Assembly (NCBI GenBank): GCA_010093605.1
Contig: MU004182.1
Coordinates: 2,713,195 to 2,777,194, forward strand
Reading direction: 5' to 3'
Origin: Lophium mytilinum
Taxonomy: Eukaryota
DNA length: 64,000 bases
Position 1 is the stretch's first letter. Each line of letters starts with the position of its first letter. This document shows positions 1 through 13,495 of this stretch, piece by piece. The notes below the pieces were generated by a model that worked only from the letters and a program-made list of their open reading frames with translations, had not been told where the DNA came from and searched no databases. The position numbers and the translations under genes are program-made.

Positions 1-683
1 AGCTATTCTAGCGGGACCTAGGTATCTTTCCCGACCTCCCTGTATTTATTACCACACACCTGGGCACGATTCACAGTCTCCGCCCCATCTTTCTAATTTC
101 TACCTCAAGCTCGTGTCAAGTCACCTTGTAATATGCAGAGCTATGCGCCAAATCAAGTGTCTATTCAAGCTCACCACAGGAGATCTATGAAGCGAGCGAC
201 TGACCGCATCTCGAAATCATGGCTCTCTACTCGCTTTCACCAGTCACTTCCCCTGCAACTCTAGAAGCATCATGTCAGTGTTTCGGATCTAGAGCAGATT
301 ATAGCTAGAAAGTTAGGACATGGATTACTAAGCTGACGATTCCCGCTGCTCAAACGAAACCAACAGATTTATCAGTGCCACTCTTCCCGTTCTCGTCCTA
401 ATGCGTGTAGTTTTGATTCGGCGAGGTGAAGTCTTATAAGGTCCCATTGTATACAATGCTAGGAATACTTGGCATAGCTTCTAGGACCATCACGAGGAGC
501 ATATCGAGACCTAGCCAGCCGCTGAGTCAGGATATATTCAATGTTCCGTTGGGGAAACCTCTCGATGCGAAGCGATGCTTGCTGGCTTTATTTCTTCTAG
601 TATATGAGTACGGTACTGCCTAAATTCCCAATGTCGTTTATTTGCTGGAGAGGAAACTGGCCCTTTCGTATAAGTCCTTCATC

Positions 684-1337
684 ATGCTCCATGTCCTCAC
701 CAGAGTGGCGCTCGCTACTACAGTTTCGACCATTGTCAGATCTCAGGAAGCACTGTCGCCTTTCTCCAATCCTGATCTAAAGGTTGACTCCACGAGCATT
801 TCAAACATTATAATTACCTCTTCCCGACTCGAATCTACGGCCATTTCTTCCAACGTTGTCGCTTCATCGGAAGCAACACCCTTGGCTTCTGGCTCAACAC
901 AACCCTCCACTCTTACTACATCCTCGGCATCCCTTACCCCATAAAATACCTCCGTTCCTGCACCCCTTGAACAGGGCCCTGGAGTCCTTGAAGATGACCC
1001 TACACGCGTGGAAATGGATCCAGAGACGAAGTCATTCGGCAACGCGATAGAGATGTAGCTATACGCTGGACTCCTGAAGGACGAACCACTCGAAGCTGGC
1101 ATTGAATCGCCACCAATTGTCTTACCATCGTGTCCTCCCGATGATAATCAAGCAGCCGCCTCCAACACTAAGCGAGGCGGTTTAGCCGGCGCTCTCGGCT
1201 TTCGTCCACGCCCAAAGCGAATATCACTGCCTCCATGCATGCCACAGACCCTAGCACTAGAGATTGCATTCTACTATGTGGCGAGCAACCCCGGCCAGTC
1301 GTGGCCAGCTGGTTTGAAGTCCCGGATACAGGATCAA
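684..1337 (+). pseudogene. Degraded secreted-protein gene; possibly the N-terminal/pro-region of an M43-type metalloprotease
   Basis: ATG 684 with a signal-like start (MLHVLTRVALATTVSTIVRSQ) and a Ser/Thr-rich region. The same frame continues through TAA 942-944 and TAG 1056-1058, past two KR sites, to LEIAFYYVASNPGQSWPAGLKSRIQDQ, followed by a GTGAGT donor at 1338. No downstream exon recognised. Confidence 0.4.
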
Positions 1338-1926
1338 GTGAGTTCAAACGCGTGTTCTATTGTATACTCTCTGAAGGAGTTGAAATGATAGTATGTTCTG
1401 TTGAGAAATGCGTAAATACAGTACATATTGTGAGCTGTGGGTGAGGAAAATGACTCGACAAGTAGCGTGCAAATGAGCTATGGCGTTCAAGCTCCCATTG
1501 TCGCGGCCGTCACGCGACCTCCATCGCGATACCTCTCCCTCCCTCCTTGTAGAAGCGTCACGTGCATAAGAGCACGTGAATCTCTCACATGACCTTGCTT
1601 AAGGACATCCGGCCGCTGGTCCTAAGCGCCTCTTCTACGACCTCGTAGCTACTTCGTCTGTATACACCAATACAAGCTCTTCTCTGCGGTTCCCTGTCGC
1701 GCCGTGACACTCTTCATAACCAAGCTGAGTCTTACAGGCAAATTTTGACTGTACTGGCGCCTCTCGGATAGCCACCTGAGGACTACCGTTTGCAAAGAAA
1801 TCTGCAATAGAGCTCGAACAAGCAGGTCTAGATAATATTCAGTGTCTGCAAGCAAAACATCAGAAATAGACTTACTGCGAAAGCTAATGTCCAAGACGTT
1901 AGGCAGGCACTTAAACCGTTAAGCGC

Positions 1927-3680
1927 TCAAGCAGGCAGCTCCTGTGGCTTCCGAGTCATGCCCTGCAGCTCATGCGGCATCACATCCGCCGCCGGCACCT
2001 CCTGTGCCAAAGACGGCACTGTTTGCGCGTGCTTGGCCATATAATCGGGGTAGTCCATTGGGAGGGCCCCGACGGGCTGCTCGGCGGGCTGCTCGGCGAG
2101 CGGTGGGCTGCGGCGGCGGAAACGCAGAAACCAGATGGCTAGGCCCACCAGGGCGAGACCGCCAACGCCGCCGATTGCGATGCCTACGATGGCGCTGCTA
2201 GATAGACCGTGGGACGGCGTAGGGGTGGGAGAAGTGTTGGGGGAAGTGCTGGGAGAGGTGTTGGGGGTCCCAATGGGGTTCCCAATGGGGTTTGGGCTCG
2301 TCGACACGCTGATGCACGAACTCGAATCTTTGTTGTAGACAGTGCGCAGGTTCTGAGCAGTCGTCGGATTAGCACTCCACATGGTGAACTCGTTGTCATC
2401 ATAGTTGACCATCAGGTATGCAGACGTGAAGAACTGGCGGCCGATGATGGCTAGGTCGTTCTGGTCGACGTCCCGGTCGTCAAGCATTAGAAGGTTCATC
2501 TTGGACGAGTTGGCAACCAGCTCGCCGTTGTTGTCGATAGACATCTCTGGGCGGACCAGTTGGTGGTTCGGAACAGTTATATTGAGCGTATCGGTTCCAT
2601 TCGAGAGCGTGATGATGATGTCGCCTCTGAAACTGGAGGATGGGTTAGCAGTGCGACCATCTACGTTCCAAGATCGGGTTTGTGTTTACTCACACGCTGT
2701 CTGAGGTGTACAACATCGTGAAAAAGTCATATCCAAAGGACCGGTTGCCGGAAGGGTCGAGTATCATGCCGGCCAGACTTTCAAAATTGGAATAGTAGGG
2801 GCTATGAGGCATAGCAATAACACCTGGGAAGTCGGGAGTCACGCATGCACCCAGCGCGCCTCCATCCGTGAAGATGCTTGCCCTTTTGCCGCTGGGGAAG
2901 AGCAGCTGAAAGTCCATGATGGTGACGGCCATGCCGCCGTACCCACAGGAGTTGCTACCGAGCGAGAAGACGACGCTGTCGCCCGTGGTTTTGGCAGCGT
3001 CGTAGCCTCCAAGCACCACCGAACCGTCCATCTGGTGCTCGGTGGTGGCGCCAGTGAGACCATAGAAGTAGGACCAGGTCCTTGAGGCAATAGTGCTGCT
3101 AGAGCGCAGAGCAGAAAGGAGAGTAGATTCCACGCCCAGACCTAGATAGTGCTGACTGTGCCCAAGATCACCGGGGTTCTCGGTGAAGGTTGCATACGAG
3201 TATGCGTCGATCGAGGCGTTGCCGGCGTGCAGGTTATCTTTTGCGACAAAGCCCGTATATTTGCCCCCTGTTACGGCATTGGTCGTGTTTTTGTAGGTCG
3301 GCGAGGTGTGGAAGTTATACGGGATTCCTTCAAAGGCGGCACACTTGAGCGAGTTCCAATCCGGGTTCGAACATGGCGAGTTGACGTCAAAGATCCAAGT
3401 GTTCTTCGTAGATCTGGGAAGATGATTAGAAAATCTCGATACCATATGGAACGAAGCCAGGGCCGTACGAAACCTGAGTAGCGAGCTGCTGGAGAGACAA
3501 CCCCACCGAAATGACGGCTCCTCGAGCTGTGACTCCGGAACCTGTCACATTGGTGATAGGCAGTTCAACAGCTTGGAACGAGCAGTTGTCCGCGAGCGCT
3601 CTGACCGCAAAGCAGGCGATGGCGAGCCCAAGGCGTGGAAACACTTTGAAAGAATGACAAGCGGACACAATGTGGGCCAT
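1927..3680 (-). CDS. Secreted, single-pass membrane pepsin-like (A1 aspartic protease fold) protein, catalytic motifs degenerate; 3 exons
   Basis: Signal peptide. Introns 3414-3468 (GTACGG..CTAAT..CAG) and 2633-2693 (GTGAGT..CTAAC..CAG) join the three ORFs in frame. Motifs YLGLG, DGSVVLGGYDAAK and IIGRQFFTSAYLMVNYD. Ser/Thr/Pro stalk, then TM AIVGIAIGGVGGLALVGLAIWFL, RRR and a tail with QELPA motifs. Confidence 0.85.
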
Positions 3681-4910
3681 GGGGGACGTCTACGGGGGGA
3701 GAAGAGGAACACCTCTTGGAGGGTGGGCCCCATTAATGGAACGGGCCGCGTGGCTGAAGGATCGACTAATGTCGTGTTGCGGCTCGGGAACGGGCACCAA
3801 TATAGCTGCAGGGTCTAATCGAGATGCGGGTACCGAGGCGGGAACTACAGTGAAGCCTGATTATAGTGATAGGGTTTTTTCCGAGGTTTCGTATCACTGT
3901 ACAGAGAGTATCATTGTAACAGAAGTCACGTCTGAGTGGTTTGCAAGTCATTGGCCCCCAAAACAGCAAGATCAAGGGGTCTTGGGGGGCGGTCGGAGGT
4001 GCCACGGACCACCCGCCCATACCAAAACCCCCCTGGTTAGTATGATTTTGGTGAGAGGGTACTAGTGATACCGGGGCAGCGCTAGCTAGTACAGCCTATT
4101 CCCGCAAGGTGTGGTTACCTGGTGTGCAGATTGGTGTCTGGGATATTATGGTCCTAGAAACTAATGAGGAAGTCTTTACAGGGGAAAAAAACCTTTCATT
4201 CCGCAGTACTTACGAGAGACGCTACCAAGACATGCAGTCATACATGAATGCCGGCGATAAGCGAGAAGGCATGCTACAAGCTGAACTCTGAAGTATTGTC
4301 TGCCTAGGAAGGGGGCCATATACAGGAGTCACTGGAGAGATACGCTAGTGGCGTATAGGAGCATGAAGCGATGTAATGCGCCAGGTGGTAATATAACCCC
4401 TCGACGCATGCTATAGTCAGTGTATTCTCCAAATGCTGATAGCCCTGAAAATGCTTTCGGCCAATGGAATATCTCTGGTCAGCATCCTGTACCGTGTATT
4501 ACCTTTGCAGTCAATTGCACGCTAAATACAGCATACTCTTTGGGGCTGTACAGCCTCTAGACACACGCTGTGCTTATCGTTGCAAGTGGTTGTGACACAA
4601 TGGCTTTTGATCCCTGACAATGGCTGCCTTGGACCCAATGAGCTCGATCTCAAAGAGCTCCCGTCCGACTTGCAAACTGACCACAGGATGTGTCTAGGGG
4701 CCGTAAGCTGTGCGAGAAGGTTCCGAGGGCTGGACCTGCTCGCACTTAGCGTATCAGCAAACGCTCTTAGAATATATTCAGGGGCACCACAGGGTGTAGG
4801 TCACCGAACGCTCCTTTAGCTGGTGCGTGCAGCTGGGGCGGGCCATCAGGAAGCGTAGAAATACTTGTACTGCGGCCTCTCTCGCTCAAACTTCCTCTGC
4901 GTCTACTCCG

Positions 4911-5931
4911 ATGCTTGTGAGTTTGTTTCCCCGCCAGGCGCGGCTTCCCCTACGCATAGCTCCTGTCGTCGCACTCTTTCTGCTGCTAGCGTGGGTGCTC
5001 ACTCATCTCCAAGCCCTCCGCGATGGCATCCGACTCAACATCCCACGTTATGGCGATATCAGCAATATATCTGCCAACACAACCCATCCGGCAGGTTCCC
5101 AGCCCGTGGCCTCTAAGACTGCTGGCTCTACTGCCATGTCCACGGCCCCTGTGCCAACAACGATAAGCAAAGTCGCCGTTATGGCCAAAGTACAGAAAGA
5201 AGACACTACTTGGACGGCCGATCTGAACGGCTGGGACCACGCTGTTTACGAGGTTGACAACCCCAAAGCTACGCTGCGAGTGCCGTTGAACAAAGGAAAG
5301 GAGGCTATGACCTATCTCACTTACATTATCGACCATTACGACAGCCTGCCGTCCATCATCGCGTTCGTCCACAGCCATAAGGACGGCTGGCCGCAAGCGT
5401 GGCACACTGGTCCGCCTCCCAAGCTTCCTCTGACTCTTCGTTTGCTTGTTTCTTCCTTTCTTCAATCTTCCTGCTGACCAGGCTCCCCGCAAAGATACTC
5501 CGGGATACAGCAACGCAGTTTCCCTCAACACCCTCAACATCGACTTTGTGCAGCGCAACGGGTACGCCAACCTGCGCTGCAACGGCAACCCAGGCTGCCC
5601 TGCGGAGATCCAGCTGCACCGCGACAAGCAGGACTCTTCGAGAACCACTGAGAACAACATGGGGACGGCCTGGCGCGCTATGTTCAACAGCACGCCCCCG
5701 GACACAATCGGGGTGGCGTGCTGCGCCCAGTTTGCTGTCAGCGGCAAGCAGGTCCTTGAGCGGCCCAGGAGCGACTACGAGAAATACAGGCACTGGCTCA
5801 TCGAGACCGAGCTCGATGACGACACCAGCGGCCGCATTTTCGAGTACCTCTGGCATATCATCTTTGGCCGCGAGGCTGTCTACTGCCCTGCGTTAGCGCA
5901 ATGTTACTGCGACGACTATAACCGCTGTTGA
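4911..5931 (+). CDS. DUF3431 family protein (type II membrane anchor); 2 exons
   Basis: N-terminal TM. Motifs NKGKEAMTYLTYIIDHYDSLP, FVHSH, GYANLRC, CCAQFAVS and GRIFEYLWHIIFG. Intron 5410-5494 restores WHTDTPGYSN. Confidence 0.9.
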
Positions 5932-6743
5932 CATCCGTTGGTGTTGCGCGCTCCTTGTCATTTAATGCGTGAAGTTAACGTGAAAGATGTTGAAACATTT
6001 TGAAAACAGAAACGGGCTAGAGTACGTGGGCTACATGCAAGCTGCATTGGTTCATAGATCAAGTGGTCCACGGAGCGCTGCTGATCTACTGATTCGAGGG
6101 GTTTTGCTGCCCAGACCATCGAGTAAACTGGGAGAGTCAGCCCTGTGGTAGACGTGAGAGGATTCCAGAAATCAAGTCGCGCAGAGCACGTAGCGAAGGA
6201 AGAACTTACTCGGTAGTCGTGCATGCTCGGTTGTCCGAGAGAGAAGGCCAACGAACGAGAGCGTGTCCCTCTCGTTGCGGGTGGTAGGAGTGCGTTTTGT
6301 TCCACTCAGGTTAGGTGTTGCGCCGTAATTAATGCAGCAGCATGCATGTGTTCAATGCACGCGGTATTAAAGGGCGACTCCTCCTAGCGGCGAAGAGGTA
6401 GCAAGGTTGGAGCACGTGAAGCCATCACTGATTGGTAAGGTGTGCCGGAAGACAAAGGTGATCGATGGTTTTGGCGCAATGGCTGACAACGCGTGCCGGG
6501 CAGAGGACGCGGGGTTTGACTGGAAATTACTGCTACTAATGGGGGAGGTCAAAATAGCGCGTAGTGGCGGAGGGGTTACAGTGAGCGATGATCTTAGTGA
6601 CGAGGGGGAGATAGTATTGGAGCGGGCTTTGCAGAGACCACAATACGAAGCAGGGCGATAGATCTGACATAGTCGGGTATCCAGCCAAAGAAAATTGTTT
6701 CAAAGTCCATCCAACTATGCCAAAACCCAGGGCTTGCATGAAT

Positions 6744-8822
6744 TCAATAGGCCCTATTCGGCGTGATCTTCCTTAGGTTTCGCTCGCCATAGTCTCGATC
6801 GTGCTTGAATACAAGCTCGAGCTCATCCCCATCACTCACTCGTATTCCAACAGCCTCTCGATATGTATCCATGGAATCAACGCCCGCCGAGATATGGCCT
6901 AGATGGTCCGGGGTTCTTGACTGCAGTGCGAGTAGAACAAGCTCCATTGCTGAATCCCATGTCGTGGACGTAGAGCCCGATATAAGAATGTATATCATGT
7001 ACGCAAGCGTGACGACGCAGTAAGTCATGATGACGGCAATTGAAAGGCGCACGGAGGTCGTCGACGTGTCGTATCCATACCCATATTGTGTCTGGAAGAT
7101 TTTTATCGGCGTCGAACCTAGTTCATAAGGATCATAAATGTCGAGTTGCTTTGGCAAGAGAAGGAGTGACTTGGAGTCCTCGCAGAGAGCAGTGGCAAAT
7201 AGTGCAGCCAGATAGGCAATAAACGAGGGAGAAGCATCTCTGAGTGCTTCTGTAACGCTTATACTATTGAAGTATGATATGCCGTCCAGATCCATAGTGA
7301 TTGGGGATGTGTATTCGGGTTTACCTGGCTTCGGGACCGCCAGAGGACCGGTACGTACCACGGGCATTGCATCATTGACCATTAGCTCGACTTGAGAAGT
7401 TTCCCAGAACGCAGACACTGTGTATGTCAGCAAAAGAAGACAGTCTTTCGCTAGTAGCTCTTCAAGTCTGAACGTTTGCGAGACATTGTCGTTTCCGCAG
7501 GTATATTGAAGAAAGCTCCCAACAATTGAAGACGACCCTGGCTCGGGAGAGGTCCTCCATATCGGCGGGTAAATATCCTTTAACCCCTCGTCAAGCCCTC
7601 CAAACTTTCCAATGAGATCGCTGACGTTTGACCACAGTACGCCCTCATGAATCCCGTCATCTTGAACATACCGGACTTGCGCCCCAAACAAGGACAACCT
7701 CGCACCCCAGCTTCTTACCACGACTACCGGCTGGGGCATACTGGTTGACAGCGTGCCGTTCGATGGGATAGAATTGTAAGTGAAGTGGTTGTACAGTAAG
7801 GTAGCGCTGAATTGAGTTGCCATTGTGGAAGTTGTTGAAAAATGATCGCGATCGGCATCATACAAGTTAAGATAATACATAATCCTCTGAAATGATTCGT
7901 TGTCTGCGTTAACGAACGTTTGCATGTGTCCAGGATTATTGCTGTACATGCGTGGGAACGAGTTGTTGAGACGTTTCCAATCACTAAGAGGCGCTCAGTA
8001 CGTATTCTACGCAAGTATTGTATATATGTATGCACTTACGACTGCATACCATACGTTCTGTCCACGTGAGATGGAAACAATGTCTCGGATGACGCGTTTG
8101 TATAGGCCATCACGGACGAAACTGGCGGCGAACACCCAGAACGAGGAATCATAAGAACGGCGCTGGAGGGCCCAACAAGAGCAGCGAGAAGGATCAAGAG
8201 TGGCACCACGATAACAAAAACTGCTTTTCGCCATCTAGGAAATTCTCGGGAAGTTGTCGCGGACAAAAAGTCCGAAGACCAAAGGTATGACAGCTGCAAT
8301 GCCTGTACTGACGCCGAGAGAGCGCCCAATGGTATATAGTTTCCAACAACTTGGGTGCGGATGATGCAGAGGACGATCTCAACGATCGTAGCCTGCATAA
8401 GGAGCTCGTGGAATTTGGCCGCGAACTGTAACGGGGTCGTATCGGAGAAATCAGGCCCAATGTAGTATGACTTCAAGTTGAGATAAAGAAGGGCTATGGC
8501 ACCGGCTAACGGTGTAACGTGAAGCAGACAGTGAAGAATCGCCGTTTGGCGGCTTTTGTAGATGGCAATCTTGCGACGCTCTCCTCGTGCAAATACGCGA
8601 TTAAGAACTCGTAGCCTGAAAATTCGGAGAAACTGTTGACTTCTTGAGGGGTGCTTATGCGCGGCTCGGTCCTCTGCGACCGACGGGCTTGTATCGACGA
8701 GATGGGTGGTGGAGGCATCTTGTCTACAAAAGTAAGCGAACGTCCAACCTTTTACGGGTAAGGACTGACGAGATCTTGGGTGGTTCCCAGTCTACCATAG
8801 AATGGGTTTCTTCAGTATCCAT
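6744..8822 (-). CDS. Fungal hypothetical multi-pass membrane protein
   Basis: The frame upstream of ORF 8036-8476 is open (ERRKIAIYKSRQTAILHCLLHVTP..). Motifs QFAAKFHELLM, QLSYLWS, LVGPSSAVLMIPR and C-terminal YGYGY + TM + WDSAMELVLLALQS. Intron 7984-8039 is clear. The 5' 46-nt intron and start at 8822 are tentative. Confidence 0.7.
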
Positions 8823-9951
8823 CAAAAGGAAAGGGCGGCAGGTTTTTCATGGATCCTAAATATGAGCGGGGCGTCCTGTTCTTATTTGGCATTCGGATCG
8901 CGAGGCTGAAGATGAGTCGGCTGGTCATGCATGCAGCATGCAGTCGAGATATTGATTGTGGCTGAAGATTCAGCCCAATCGCCTGCTCCAGCCTACCGAA
9001 ATGAACATGTTGATTACTCTACCACCCAATCGTCGCGAAAGCTGGCTGAGACGTGGGGCCATCTTCCCTTTACTTTTCATTTCCAGGTTCTAGGAAACCG
9101 GCACGTAAACTAGATGTGGAATACTGAATACAAGACTTCGGGATGCAGCACCAAAAGCGAGCACTGACCTTGGGAATTCAGTAAAACTAGGCTCGCTACA
9201 ACGACATGGTACCCATGCTAGCACCGCTCAATTGCCGTGTTGGGACTAATCAGGCACACTTGCTTTTTGTTCTAAAGGCCTGATAGTAGGATACCGCACC
9301 CGTATGCACGACTAAATACGGGTAAGTGTCTCTTTTCTGCCAGACGCCACATGCAGGGGTTAAGCTTACCTAATAGTGGCGAATTCATAAGACTCTATAA
9401 AAGTTACCGGTTAATACTGCTAATCAAGATCATCGAAAGCGGTAACAGGGGCAGTGCGCCAATCGCAGGTAGAGAGCCGCAAGGTGGTCCGTAACAGCGC
9501 TTACAGTACAGTATCCGGGGTTATCTTACCTCGGAATCCGTGCTGCATACACCGTCCTAATACAGTAAGGAGTAACAGATCAGTGTAGCGGTAACCCCTC
9601 CAAGCCTAGATTTTGCGCTTGCAGCAACCCTTGTATACGGGCGCGGTATCTCCCTGATACAAAGGTGGCAGGGTGGTAGAGGCGTCTGGATGCAAGATCT
9701 GAGCCTGAGCCCATTCAGCCGACCAATGGCTTGGCTGTCAGCTTTCAGCCTTCGGCCGCTCCGCCTCCTGCTGTGCCACCTACACAACTGCACCCACGAT
9801 TCCTCCTCCGGTGAGAACGCCGTACGTAATTTTCTGAGAACAGGTACAGTTGGGAGCGGAGCGCTTAGAGCATTTACTCCTCGTGAAAGGTGCCCATGAC
9901 CAGCATACTAGTCGGGCTCGTGTCAATACTTAGCCTTAACACAGCATTCTG

Positions 9952-10158
9952 GGACAATAGTCTATAATACCTGTATCTTAGTAGTAAATATTCTTTAATG
10001 CCTATAAATACTATAGAGATGCTAGATTACTAAGCCTATACTAATTAAGGTCTAATAGCTAGCTACTAGGCCCTTTTAAGTATTAGCTCTACATCTATAT
10101 ATCTCTAAGGTATTTCTAGCTATTATATAACTATATATAGGCCTTAGTATAGTATTAA
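9952..10158 (+). repeat. Left terminal inverted repeat of the MULE (207 bp)
   Basis: Reverse complement of 13289-13495 with 11 mismatches by hand count (10 transitions, 1 transversion). Confidence 0.95.
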
Positions 10159-13100
10159 GGCCTTACTCTTATATATAGGCCTATATATAATATATAGCTT
10201 ATTATACTACTAGTTATATTACTAGTATTTTTATAAGCTACTACTCTATAGAAATAGCCTTAAATATAGTATACTTATAGCTACTTATTTCTAATAGATC
10301 TATACCTTTAAGGCTCTTCTAGAGGCACTTAATAAGTAGCTAAACTATCTAAATTAGTAATAGATATATATATTAAGCTATTAAGAATATAGATAAGCTA
10401 CTATACTATAAAAAGCTATAAAGGAGTAGATTTAATAGCTTTATAGGCCTTATCTAGTTAAAAGAGCTATAGACTAACTTTTACTATAGCTATACTAAGA
10501 ATCTATCTACTCTTATTTCTACGCTATATTAATAATAAAAAAGTAATAAAAAATTAATAGATTTTAATACTATAAAGCTATAAAAACTTACTATATAAAG
10601 GCCCTTTTTATATCTTTTTAAAGGCCTTAATTTATTCTTTCTAGCTTATATAGCCTTTTATATAGCCTTACTATTATGCCTTAGCCCTTCTATACCTATA
10701 GCTATTATTTCTAGCCTAAATTAAATACTTTTTCTATTACTATAGAGTCTAATAGTATTTCTACTATTAGTAAGAAGTATAAGCTCTTTAAGAATATTAA
10801 GTAGTAGTATACTAATATTATAATTACTAAGAATTAGGCTCTTTAGGTATATAAAAGAGACTATAACTTCCTCTACCTTAAGTACTATACTATTTATTAC
10901 TATAAGTAGAAGTTAATAGCTACTATAGGTACTAATAGTAGAATTACTATATAAAAGGTTAGTTCTATTATTTAAAGTATATAGAAAATAGAAAGGCTAC
11001 TATATACTATCTATTTTTCTCTATATACTTACTATTTCTTCTTAGCCTACTTACTATAATATTTAGGTTAATAATGCGTATAATTATATTAGTAGAGTAT
11101 CTCTAGATTACACGCTATTTATATATATTAGGTACTTTATTACTAATATATCTAGGTTTCTCTAGGTTAATAGGTAAACTAAGATAAAGTTAATAGCCTT
11201 AGTAGTAGCTATATATCTAGAAAGAGAAATCTAGCTCTAGTAGGCCCGCTATATAAAGTATATACTTATTAGAGATACCTATAAAAGTATAGTAGAGGAG
11301 TATACTAAGCTTTCTAAGTATATTTACTACCTTAAAGCTATAAACCCGGGCGTTACTATAGATTTAGGTATTATAAGCGGCGTATTCTATTATATCTTTA
11401 TATATTCTAAGAAGAGTAGATAGTTTCTCTACTACGCGCTATAGTAGATTAGGTTTAATAAAACTTATTAAAGAAATAGCTATAAAGGCGTCCTTTTAAT
11501 AGTAATTAGCTATAATTAGAATAATAAGATCTATTCTCTAGCTTAGGCGGTTATAGAAAGTAAGAGTATAGAGTTCTAGATATAGTTTATAAGGCTACTA
11601 ATAAAAGGGCTTCTAATTCTATATAAGGCCTTATTCTAAATAATAGCTATCTTATAAGTTTAATTTTTATTATTTATTAATAATTTTTAAGTAGATATCT
11701 ATGCGTTTATTTATAGCGGGGACGTTAAGTTAAAATACATTAATTTTAGTAAGAAATTATATAGTTTATATATAAGGTCCTATTATAATAAATAATATAT
11801 AAATATAAATAAGAATTATAATAGCCCCCTTTTAATTTCTATACCTCCCTCTATAATAGCGCCTATATCTTTTAATTTCCTTCTATATACTCTATAATGC
11901 TATAGTTAATTTCTATACTAAATTTTATAGTCTTTATAACTATACTATTCTTATTAATAGATTCTTTAAATATCTACCTACTTATACTATTTTTTTTATA
12001 GTAATTAAGATAAAGGCCTTTAAAATACTATTAACTAGTATCTACTCTTTAAGTACGCTATATACTACTACTAGCACCTCTTAAAAAATATTAAGAAGAG
12101 CTTTAGTATATATACTTTATACCTATTCTTCTTTCTTACTTACTAGGTTAATAATATAGCTATTAAGCGTATTTTAGCTAAAATAGAGGCCTTAAAAGGC
12201 GGCCTAGGTATTAGCGCCTAGCTACGCGTAAAGAACTCTAGAAAGTAGCTAGTAAGAGACTACCTAGCTTATTACTATAGGTAGATTATAAGCGGCTATA
12301 ATAAGTACTTTAATAGAACTATCTATAAGAAGAGAGAGGGGCCTATTCTCTCTCTTTTTAACTATCTATAGTATTAAATAATTAAGTACTATACTTAGAA
12401 GTAGACTAAGGCTATAGAATTAATATAGTAATAGGCTTAACTATATAATACTTATTATATTAAAAGGCTTACGCCTAAGGTTTATTATACTACCCGCCTA
12501 TTTTATATATAAATACTAACTATTTTAGAGTAAGAAGCTTCTATATAAGAATATATAGCTAGCTAGAGGCTATTATATTTATATAAATATACTTATAGAG
12601 CTAGAGTATACTACTTTCTCTATCTATATTATATAGTACTAGTTTTCTAAGATCTATATTATAAAGCTCTAGAAGTATACCTATTTATATAGAGAGTTTT
12701 AAAATTATAACTTTCTATATAAGTATACTATAGCTCTTCTTATAAAGCTATATAGGCCTATTATAGAGTTTACTAGTAGCTACTATTTAAAGTAGTAGGT
12801 AGCTAGCTATAGTTCTTTAGAATATAATATACTCTATAACTATATAGCTAGCTCTAGATATATATAGCTAGTAAGAATTAATAATATACTACTTTTAAAT
12901 AACTACCGCGCGCTACTATAGAAGGTTACCTATAGCGCTACTTAAAGAAAGAAAAAGTAGGCTAGTAAGTAGCTATCTAATACTAGATTAGGCTAGAAAT
13001 ATAGTATTTATAGGCTTTTAGGCTATAATAGAGTAAATAAATAGATATATAGAGGCTATTTAACTCTCTAAGTAAAGAAATAGTTAAAATTAGATAATTT

Positions 13101-13288
13101 TTAATAGAGAAATAGTATTTTTATTTATTTCTATATATTTAGATACTAATACTAGAAAATATAGGCTATTTTTATAGTTCTATAGGCTATTTTTTCTTAG
13201 TTTAAGTATACTAGGCTAATTTTCTTTATTTTCTTATATTCTAAGGTATAGTAGTAGTAGCTAATTATATATATTATAAAATTAAAAT

Positions 13289-13495
13289 TTAATACTATAC
13301 TAAGGCCTATATATAGTTATATAATAGCTAGAAATACCTTAGAGATATATAGACGCAGAGCTAATACTTAAAGGGGCCTAGTAGCTAGCTATTAGACCTT
13401 AATTAGTATAGGCTTAGTAATTTAGTGTCTTTATAGCGTTTATAGGCATTAAAGAATATTTACTGCTAAGATACAGGTATTAAAGACTATTGTCC
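13289..13495 (-). repeat. Right terminal inverted repeat of the MULE (207 bp)
   Basis: Ends ..gactattgtcc, the reverse complement of ggacaatagtc.. at 9952. Confidence 0.95.

Larger units (their letters stand above)
9952..13495 (+). mobile_element. Mutator-like (MULE/MuDR) DNA transposon, full length, inactivated by RIP
   Basis: 207-bp TIRs (9952-10158, 13289-13495). 9-bp TSD agcattctg (9943-9951) / agcattttg (13496-13504). Very AT- and TpA-rich. Reversing C>T/G>A changes recovers MULE motifs on +: FDGTH..YKGVLL.AIG.D...IYPLAWAVVESE..ESW.WF (11448-11588), SD.DKGL (~12000-12020), SWIM CSCGEFQ....PCKHA (12679-12735) and CSIC...GHN (~13000-13030). Confidence 0.93.

Noticed and set aside
4986..5856. 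Long minus-strand ORFs (253 and 166 aa), and similar overlapping ORFs at 20433-21104 and 39988-40713
   Set aside because: Antisense shadows of GC-rich genes on the opposite strand, with no motifs.
9952..13495. AT-rich block as a centromere, organellar insertion or assembly artefact
   Set aside because: It is exactly delimited by TIRs and a TSD and retains transposase motifs, so a RIPed transposon explains it.
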